Origin: a virus
Taxonomy: Duplodnaviria > Caudoviricetes
DNA: 31,536 nucleotides
Reading direction: 5' to 3' (one strand)
IMG/VR virus record: IMGVR_UViG_3300038673_000279
Coordinates: 1 to 31,536 of that record
In this document: positions 1-6,390 of the stretch, piece after piece
Numbering within the stretch: position 1 is the first letter of the stretch
Layout of the letters: each line of letters opens with the position of its first letter
Translations under genes and position numbers: made by a program
The notes under the pieces: generated by a model
Seen by the model: the letters and a program-made list of their open reading frames with translations, nothing else
What the model was told of the DNA's origin: nothing
The model's database searches: none

Positions 1-3
1 ACT

Positions 4-699
4 ATGTTGAATCAGATTCGTAGTTCCATCCCGCAGATGACCCGAGGACCGGAAGGTGTTGGACTGAAGCCGATCTTTCATTCCGTGAGAGACATTGCTT
101 TGATCCTCGACAAAACCGTTGCGGCCGGTTACGGTTATTTGAAAGCGGGTACGGTGATGGCCGTGAATGCTTCTGCGGCAGGAAATGTTGGGAAGCTTGT
201 TCCGTATGTGCCCATCAGCACGGCGGTTGTTCTTGGCAAGGATTCGGCCATTGGTGTTGCTCCGATGGTTCAGAATGGTTCGTCCGGACATTTTTATGTG
301 TCCTTGGATGATGCTTACAAATTTGTTGTCGGAGATGATGTCTTCTTTGACAATGACAGTGACGAAGGTCCCGTGGATATGGGCACCATTACCGCCATTG
401 ATGTGACGACATCTACTCTGTATGCGGATATCACATGTTCCGCTTACGAATCAACGAACGCTACGGTGGCCAAGAAAGCGTATGCTTACGTCAAAACGTA
501 TGCTTCAGATCCTTACACGATTGCGAAGTATATCCTTGACAAGGATATTGATACCGGTGTTGGTTCCGATTCTCTGGGAGCCTTGACTTCCGTAGTTGTC
601 TCCAATGCCATTCTTTACAAGAACAACCTGATCAACCTGACCGCAGAGGCCATTACTGCTCTCGGTGTTGAAGATGGTCGTTTCTTCATTTTGAAATAA
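4..699 (+). CDS. Head decoration (cement) protein, lambda gpD-like, with an inserted beta-domain
   Basis: Directly upstream of the major capsid gene. LKAGTVMA..GKLVPY..A..IL..D.D pattern is typical of gpD-like decoration proteins. C-ending codon bias resembles the capsid gene. Confidence 0.7.
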   Translation: MLNQIRSSIPQMTRGPEGVGLKPIFHSVRDIALILDKTVAAGYGYLKAGTVMAVNASAAGNVGKLVPYVPISTAVVLGKDSAIGVAPMVQNGSSGHFYVSLDDAYKFVVGDDVFFDNDSDEGPVDMGTITAIDVTTSTLYADITCSAYESTNATVAKKAYAYVKTYASDPYTIAKYILDKDIDTGVGSDSLGALTSVVVSNAILYKNNLINLTAEAITALGVEDGRFFILK

Positions 700-715
700 G
701 GAGGTCGGGATAACT

Positions 716-1945
716 ATGAAAGGTTCAATGAGTATTCCCGCATTACAGCTTGTCACATTGAATAAGCTGATTTCCAAGTTCAACAGACCGCCGAGTACCT
801 TCTTCTCCAATCTGTTTCCGACTTCGCAGTATGATTCGGATACGATTGAATGGGAAATTGAGTACGGTTCTGGCGGAATGACTCCGTTTGTGGCTCCCGG
901 CGCCGTTGCTCCGGCCATCGGAATTGATGGTATCGGATCTGCTTCCGCGAAAGCCGCTTTCTGGAAAGAAAAGATGTACTTCGATGAGGAGTTTCTGAAC
1001 AATATGAGGGAGCCGGGTTCGGTTGCCACATATCTGAGGGCAGAACGTCAGCTCTCCCGTGGTGCCCAGAAACTTCGTTACCGTGTAGATCGTCGGCGTG
1101 AATGGATGGTTGCCCAGATGCTCATGAACGGCACTCTGACGTACACCCAGAAAGGTGGAATTAAGTTCACCTTGTCTTACGGTGTTCCGACCAGTCATTT
1201 CGTGACCCTCGATGATGACCGTAACTGGAAAGATGGGGCTTCCAAAAATGCCATGGAAGACATCTTCGACGCCAAGCAGACTCTGGCGGATGATGCGATG
1301 GTTGTTCCTCGCTATACCATCATCAATTCCCAGATGCTGAAAGTCCTCATGTTCGATACCTCCATCCAGGCACTGCTTCATAAGAGTGCTTTCGGTGATG
1401 GTGATCTGTTCAGTCGTCCTTCCCAGGTTATAGGTTCCCTTCTGGGTGTCGGTGAACTGACCCTCTATGATGAGCTTTACGAAGTTCAGGCATGGTTGAC
1501 TCAGAACACTTCTGGTACCACGATTTATCTGGATGATGTTTCTGACTTTGAAGTTGGCGGCAAAGCCCGCTTCTACAACATGAAGGCTTACAACACCTAC
1601 GAGGATGAAGTCATTACCGCAGTTGATGTGGAAAATGGTACCATCACCGTCGGTCAGGCCCCGTCCACCACGTTTATCGGTGGTCAGGATAAAGTCGTCA
1701 TGCGGAAGAAATTCATTCCGGACAATGTTCTGTTCATGTTCACCGACTCTCAGGATGGTCAGAAGATCGCCGAATTCATGGAAGCACCTTATGGCAACAC
1801 CCGTCGGTGGGGTTTCTTCGCCGATACAAAGGATGAATGGGATCCTGAAGGTGTCTGGATCCGTGTCCAGGACAAAGGTCTGCCGGTTCTGTACTACCCC
1901 GACACGACCTACAAGATCACCGCATTTGATCTTGAAGAGTATTAA
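716..1945 (+). CDS. Major capsid protein, lambda gpE-like (HK97 fold)
   Basis: FSNLFP..DTIEWEIE..MTPFVAPG, RRREWMVAQML.NG, K.FIPDN and DPEGVWIRVQ..GLPVL motifs match the major capsid E family. AGGAGG SD at ~699-704. Confidence 0.9.
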   Translation: MKGSMSIPALQLVTLNKLISKFNRPPSTFFSNLFPTSQYDSDTIEWEIEYGSGGMTPFVAPGAVAPAIGIDGIGSASAKAAFWKEKMYFDEEFLNNMREPGSVATYLRAERQLSRGAQKLRYRVDRRREWMVAQMLMNGTLTYTQKGGIKFTLSYGVPTSHFVTLDDDRNWKDGASKNAMEDIFDAKQTLADDAMVVPRYTIINSQMLKVLMFDTSIQALLHKSAFGDGDLFSRPSQVIGSLLGVGELTLYDELYEVQAWLTQNTSGTTIYLDDVSDFEVGGKARFYNMKAYNTYEDEVITAVDVENGTITVGQAPSTTFIGGQDKVVMRKKFIPDNVLFMFTDSQDGQKIAEFMEAPYGNTRRWGFFADTKDEWDPEGVWIRVQDKGLPVLYYPDTTYKITAFDLEEY

Positions 1946-1967
1946 TCTCCACTGAGGAGTACAATCA

Positions 1968-2246
1968 ATGAAAATTGAACTGTTGGTAAATTTAAAATTA
2001 GGTAATGGTGTGATTCTTGGTATGGGTACGATTGTATCCGATCAGGAATCACCCATTCCTGCTTCGATTATGAAGCGAGTGCGGCTGAAACAGGCTCGGA
2101 TTATCGACGAAAGAGTTAATCCAAGATTCACAACGATAGAAATCCCGTCTTCTGAATTGGATACAACTAGAGAGTCGGTTACCGAAGAAATAAACAAATT
2201 ATCAGAAGTAAAAGCAAGTCCTAAAAAGATTTTGATAAGGAGATAA
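1968..2246 (+). CDS. Small hypothetical head-associated protein
   Basis: GAGGAG SD upstream. Sits between the capsid and adaptor genes. Confidence 0.65.
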   Translation: MKIELLVNLKLGNGVILGMGTIVSDQESPIPASIMKRVRLKQARIIDERVNPRFTTIEIPSSELDTTRESVTEEINKLSEVKASPKKILIRR

Positions 2247-2249
2247 GTC

Positions 2250-2339
2250 ATGCCGAAGAAGCCTGTTCCGCCTCAGAAAGGTGGCAAAGCTGGTAAGGGT
2301 GGAAAAGGAACTGTTCCTCCGAAGAAGAAGGGTAAATAG
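2250..2339 (+). CDS. 29-aa Lys/Gly/Pro-rich basic peptide MPKKPVPPQKGGKAGKGGKGTVPPKKKGK (not in ORF track)
   Basis: ATG at 2250 preceded by AAGGAG, TAG at 2337-2339. Fills the gap between flanking genes. 10 Lys and no acidic residues. Confidence 0.75.
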   Translation: MPKKPVPPQKGGKAGKGGKGTVPPKKKGK

Positions 2340-2354
2340 GATAAGGAGTGAATC

Positions 2355-2816
2355 ATGGCTGATTTAACAACCAGTGATGATCTTACTGACATTCTGAAAA
2401 TTCAGCTATCCTCTTTGAACACGTTGATAACCGATTCTGGTTACGAACTAATTTGTGATCAGGTGTCCCAAGAGTTGGGTTGGTCATTTCCTGTGACCGA
2501 CCCAACTAAGGTTTTATGGATGGTTAAGAGAGGAACTCGACATTCTCTCTACATCCTGATGATAGCGGCAGCATACAAGTTCAAATATAAGACGGTCAGT
2601 CTTAACCAAAGATTTGAACACTTCAGAGATTTAATCGCTGATATGGATAAAGAGTTTGAAACAGCCATGTCAGCGGATATCGCTCTGTTTGCTGGTCTTG
2701 ATTCTTATAAAATGTTCGGAACAAAAATTGATGCGGGCTTTTCCTACGATCCAGTAGGTGCAGAAACCACATACAATCTCGATCAATATGTGATGTTTTC
2801 TCCCGCAGAGGAGTAA
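2355..2816 (+). CDS. Probable head-tail adaptor protein
   Basis: AAGGAG SD. Size and position after the capsid gene. Helical character with a KYKTVSLNQRFEHF segment typical of adaptors. Confidence 0.55.
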   Translation: MADLTTSDDLTDILKIQLSSLNTLITDSGYELICDQVSQELGWSFPVTDPTKVLWMVKRGTRHSLYILMIAAAYKFKYKTVSLNQRFEHFRDLIADMDKEFETAMSADIALFAGLDSYKMFGTKIDAGFSYDPVGAETTYNLDQYVMFSPAEE

Positions 2817-2819
2817 GAC

Positions 2820-3488
2820 ATGTCTGGTTTAGGCATCGACATCAAGGAAGTTTACACCGAACTTGCATCTGAGTTTACCATTGTGAACCGCTCTCCGGTT
2901 ATTACTGGGGAGCGGATCCTTTTTGAAGTGAATGCTCAAGCAACCAAACCGTTTATTCGAGAACACCAACTAGACTGTACAATCCCGTATGATTCTGCTA
3001 TAGAAACCGGAGATGTTGTTCTTATGAACAAGACCAATCGGTATTTTATGGTGATGAATAAAACTCCGGAAACTTTTGAAGATGAAACGGTTGAATGGGA
3101 TGTTGTCCTATATTTTTGTAATTTGCCGGTTACTGCTCATTTGGTAAGACCTGTTGAAATAAGAAATAAGGTAACTTACAATATGACCAGTGGGTGGCAG
3201 GTCACCGCAGATGCCCCTTTATACGGACTATTGACCGATAGAATCACAGGTTCTGAGATTGAACAACAGAATGTGGCTGCTGGTCAGTTGCAGTTGTGGT
3301 CAATATCCTTACTACTTCCAAAATATTATGATGTTAAACCTCTTGACCGATTGATTATTTCCGCTACTGAGTATTATAAAATTGAAACAATCGAATCTTA
3401 CTATTATCCTGGTGTTTACCAAATTAAATTGGTAGAAGATACCAGGAAAGCCACAGTCATTATTGATGGTGAAGTTTACGATGGTTAA
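2820..3488 (+). CDS. Probable head closure/stopper protein
   Basis: Gene order. Two beta-barrel-like halves (IETGDVVL..RYFMV and VKPLDRLII..YYKIETIE). Confidence 0.55.
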   Translation: MSGLGIDIKEVYTELASEFTIVNRSPVITGERILFEVNAQATKPFIREHQLDCTIPYDSAIETGDVVLMNKTNRYFMVMNKTPETFEDETVEWDVVLYFCNLPVTAHLVRPVEIRNKVTYNMTSGWQVTADAPLYGLLTDRITGSEIEQQNVAAGQLQLWSISLLLPKYYDVKPLDRLIISATEYYKIETIESYYYPGVYQIKLVEDTRKATVIIDGEVYDG

Positions 3489-4023
3489 GATTGAAATCAA
3501 TCAAAGAGATTTAGGAAACATCTTGGAAGCTCTTGAAAAACTCAAGAAACTTGCTATGTTTGACGCTTTGGCAATTGCGGAAGAATCAGCAAGAGGGTAT
3601 TCAGCACAGGTAAAAAAGAATATTTCTTCTCAAAAATATGGTGATTTTGGTGTACCTCATAAGGATTGGAAAAAGAAATCCGGTCAAACAGCCAATATGT
3701 TTTGGTATTGGTTAGGAACAACTTTCAAAGCAATTTCTCCTAAACGGGTAAGAAGAACTCCCAATGAATCTGTTTGGAGAGTAGGTATGTATGGTAATTT
3801 CGGAGGAAGTGTTTCCCCGTCTTCTGTAAATAGGGCAGCTTCCGCAGCAAAAAGAATTACTTCAAAAGAGGAACTTAAGGAAGCAATAAATAAAGCTATT
3901 AAGAAAAGAAAAGCAGCAAAGGAATCAATGATCAAAAGAGCAGCGGAAAAAGGAGTTACCCTACATGGACCGAATTCTGAATTGGTGAAGCGTCTAAATA
4001 GGGAACGAGGTTACACCAAATGA
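3481..4023 (+). CDS. Neck/tail completion protein (HK97 gp10-like), N-terminal part with Lys-rich extension
   Basis: ATG at 3481 overlaps the end of the previous gene. N-terminal pattern and position fit gp10-like proteins, but the YA..VEFG/RP motif lies in the next ORF. Confidence 0.6.
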   Translation: MVKIEINQRDLGNILEALEKLKKLAMFDALAIAEESARGYSAQVKKNISSQKYGDFGVPHKDWKKKSGQTANMFWYWLGTTFKAISPKRVRRTPNESVWRVGMYGNFGGSVSPSSVNRAASAAKRITSKEELKEAINKAIKKRKAAKESMIKRAAEKGVTLHGPNSELVKRLNRERGYTK

Positions 4024-4199
4024 GAAAAGTTCCGATAGTGAAAGATCCTGCTGTTTATGCAGCCGCAGTTGAGTTTGGAAACAAAGCTCAAAACATTGAA
4101 GGTCGTCCATTGTTTCGTAGAACTTTGGAGGATTTTAAACCGGTAGTTCAACAAAAAGTTAATGATATTCGGAAGAAATTTAAGGATGCTTGGTCATGA
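4020..4199 (+). CDS. 59-aa C-terminal half of an HK97 gp10-like protein (not in ORF track)
   Basis: Translates to MRKVPIVKDPAVYAAAVEFGNKAQNIEGRPLFRRTLEDFKPVVQQKVNDIRKKFKDAWS. GAGGT SD at 4007-4011. ATGA overlaps at both ends. Confidence 0.8.
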   Translation: MRKVPIVKDPAVYAAAVEFGNKAQNIEGRPLFRRTLEDFKPVVQQKVNDIRKKFKDAWS

Positions 4200-4666
4200 A
4201 TCCATTATCGTATGAAACTAATGCAAGAGGATCTTTAAAGAAATTCCTGGTTGATGCTATCGGAGATGACCACATTACTTTTGACCGCACTTTAGCATAT
4301 CCTGATACCAGAGAACGTGGTGAAGATGCTGTTACTTGGTGGGTAAATGTTGTATTTGGTGAGATGGGTCGAGATGCTTTAGCGGATTTTTCGATTGACT
4401 TATATGTTTGTACTAGACAAGATGCAGAAGGTGTGTTACTTTCCGAAAAGTCCGATTTGGTCTTTTCACTTTTAACAGATTCTTCCAAGACAGATGGAAT
4501 GAAACGAATTCCATTTTATGACGTTTCTTCTGATCCTTGGACAGAATTAACTGCAATGGTGGTTCAGTACATTTATGATTCACCAGTTTTTGATATTACA
4601 TTACCTGAAGATGAAACGAAAGTTAAGATGCTGACGGTATTGTTCCGATGGGGAGCTGCAATCTGA
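4196..4666 (+). CDS. Probable tail terminator protein
   Basis: ATG at 4196 in an ATGA overlap. Size, acidic composition and position before the tail tube gene. Confidence 0.55.
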   Translation: MNPLSYETNARGSLKKFLVDAIGDDHITFDRTLAYPDTRERGEDAVTWWVNVVFGEMGRDALADFSIDLYVCTRQDAEGVLLSEKSDLVFSLLTDSSKTDGMKRIPFYDVSSDPWTELTAMVVQYIYDSPVFDITLPEDETKVKMLTVLFRWGAAI

Positions 4667-4932
4667 TGAATCAGAAAATTAAACCGAGTTTTGAAGTTTG
4701 TGAAAAGTGTGGTAAGAAATTGATTGAAAGAATGCCCAATGGTTTATGGCATTTCATGTTTGGGAAACCAATTGGAGGAGAAACAAATCCTCCTGTTGAA
4801 ATGTATGTCCAGGGTAATCTGAAAATAAAATGTTTGAGAAGGAGTTGCGGTCATTGGAATATCCTTAATTACTTCCCAAACGTATTGCAATCGGATAAGA
4901 CCGAAAACCTAGATTGTGCAAATAAAGATTAA
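4666..4932 (+). CDS. Zn-ribbon protein, Mu Com-like
   Basis: CEKCGKKLI...LKIKCLRRSCGHWN resembles Com CxxCxKLL..IKCxRCxxxN. TGATG coupling at 4664-4668. Confidence 0.65.
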   Translation: MNQKIKPSFEVCEKCGKKLIERMPNGLWHFMFGKPIGGETNPPVEMYVQGNLKIKCLRRSCGHWNILNYFPNVLQSDKTENLDCANKD

Positions 4933-4955
4933 TGTAAATTTTTAAGGAGGTCATT

Positions 4956-5558
4956 ATGGCTTTAACCAGAACAGGTCCGTTGACCAAAGATCCGACTGCT
5001 GTAGCCTTGGGCTTGGCCCAGATTAGAGTTGGTGTTGCTGCAACGAATATTGAAACGATCACTCCAGCTCTTGCGGCTGCTGCTTCCATTGGTGCTCTTG
5101 CCAATACGAAGTTCGTAGGCAAGACTGATTACTGGAAGTTGGAATCAGGGTTCCCGCTCCTTGAAGACTATTCTCTGCCCATTCGTGAATCGGCAGCTCT
5201 TGAATGTTCCTTCAAAGAAATCAATGTTTCCAATCTTCAGTTGGCCCGGGGTATTGATCCGTCCGATGAATACACCGATACCAGTATTGCTCTTGGTGGT
5301 TTGGTGGCGCCGGAGTTTGTGCGTATGGAAGCAATCTATACGTTCCCGAATAACCTGAAGCAGATGGCTATCATCTTTCCCCGAGCCAATGTTGTTTCGT
5401 CTATCGAAATTGATCTGAAGGCGGAAGATGCTGCCACGATTCCGATTACCATTGAAGCGAAACGAGCTGACTCTGGCATCACCGACGGTGGTAATGCTGC
5501 ATGGGATGAGATGCCTCTCGGAACCATTGTCTTTCTCACCGGTGGGGACATGGTATAA
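4956..5558 (+). CDS. Major tail tube protein
   Basis: AAGGAGG SD. 200-aa beta-rich protein with capsid-like codon bias. Precedes the chaperone and tape measure genes. Confidence 0.75.
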   Translation: MALTRTGPLTKDPTAVALGLAQIRVGVAATNIETITPALAAAASIGALANTKFVGKTDYWKLESGFPLLEDYSLPIRESAALECSFKEINVSNLQLARGIDPSDEYTDTSIALGGLVAPEFVRMEAIYTFPNNLKQMAIIFPRANVVSSIEIDLKAEDAATIPITIEAKRADSGITDGGNAAWDEMPLGTIVFLTGGDMV

Positions 5559-5584
5559 TTTTCATCGGTTAATTTGTCTTGCAC

Positions 5585-5618
5585 TCTCCCCCGTCGAAAA
5601 TAAAGAAGACGGGGGAGA
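5585..5618 (+). promoter_or_regulatory. Intergenic GC-rich hairpin after the tail tube gene (attenuator or mRNA stabiliser)
   Basis: Perfect 11-bp stem TCTCCCCCGTC/GACGGGGGAGA with a 12-nt loop. No U-tract. Confidence 0.6.
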
Positions 5619-5641
5619 AGCCTTAAATAAGGAGATATGAA

Positions 5642-6115
5642 ATGGGAACACTGAATCCTGATATTAGGATAATCCGATACGGAAAAAAAGAACTCACCGA
5701 AGTTACGATTTACCCTCTTTCCGTTAGAGATCAATTTAAACTGGTTGATCTAATCACTTCTGTCGTCCAAGACCTTGCTTCTGTGCAATCAGGGAATTTG
5801 AATGATCTGACTTTTGTAAGTTTGGTCATGAAAGCTGTCGAGGAAAATGTGACCAAGATTTTGGCCATTTGTGCGGATATAGAAGAATCTCAGGCTGATG
5901 AAATTATCGGATCCATGACCAATACACAGTTGGCTGATCTGGTAGAATCCATTTGGAACACTGACTTTGAACCGATGTTAAAAAAAGGGAAGAGCCTCTT
6001 CGACCGGGCCAAGAGCATGTTCAGTTCGAGGAGATCGTTACCGGATTCCTCCAATTCTACCCTCAATATCGGCTCGAACACATCTACCGAAGAAGTTTCA
6101 AAGACGGAGGAATAA
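5642..6115 (+). CDS. Tail assembly chaperone (gpG-like)
   Basis: Between tail tube and tape measure genes. AAGGAG SD. EVTIYPLSVRDQ motif. Contains the slippery site. Confidence 0.8.
   Translation: MGTLNPDIRIIRYGKKELTEVTIYPLSVRDQFKLVDLITSVVQDLASVQSGNLNDLTFVSLVMKAVEENVTKILAICADIEESQADEIIGSMTNTQLADLVESIWNTDFEPMLKKGKSLFDRAKSMFSSRRSLPDSSNSTLNIGSNTSTEEVSKTEE
5980..5986 (+). promoter_or_regulatory. -1 ribosomal frameshift site A AAA AAA
   Basis: In-frame TTA AAA AAA GGG. The -1 frame opens right after TGA 5968-5970 and runs to 6387. Confidence 0.8.
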
Positions 6116-6387
6116 CTTTAGCCCAACTAGAGACATTGTTTGAACATGCAACCGAACGCCAAGTTCGGGATATGAAATTCAACGCCGTCCTTCATGGCGC
6201 AGATCCGAAGGATTTAGAAGATAAAGATTATGAGGTAATTGACCGAAAAGAAAATCTGTTATTCGGAGATCCTGCTGAATATGCGAACATGAACCAAGAG
6301 GAACGGGACGCTTTATCTGAAAAGATGGAGAAGAAGTTCACGAAATGGGCAGGAAAATCTCCATTAGCTCCGGAGAAAAGGAAATAA
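5986..6387 (+). CDS. gpT-like segment of the G-T frameshift fusion (~248 aa in total)
   Basis: -1 frame reads REEPLRPGQEHVQFEEIVTGFLQFYPQYRLEHIYRRSFKDGGITLAQLETLFEHA.. and is continuous with track ORF 6136-6387. Confidence 0.8.
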   Translation, partial: REEPLRPGQEHVQFEEIVTGFLQFYPQYRLEHIYRRSFKDGGITLAQLETLFEHATERQVRDMKFNAVLHGADPKDLEDKDYEVIDRKENLLFGDPAEYANMNQEERDALSEKMEKKFTKWAGKSPLAPEKRK

Positions 6388-6390
6388 GAG

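Noticed and set aside
505-1381. Long minus-strand ORFs (505-1029, 743-1381) opposite the capsid genes
   Set aside because: They are antisense shadows of strongly codon-biased genes, with no recognisable motifs.
1921-1967. Frameshift extension of the capsid protein (and likewise of the tail tube protein)
   Set aside because: No slippery heptamer is evident at either 3' end, and no Ig-like ORF follows.
4021-4023. Stop-codon reassignment or readthrough as the cause of the split neck gene
   Set aside because: The downstream half is in a different frame, and TGA, TAG and TAA all act as normal stops elsewhere with dense gene tiling.
6136-6387. Independent TTG-start gene as given in the ORF track
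   Set aside because: It is better explained as the 3' part of the -1 frameshift product, because the frame is open from 5971.
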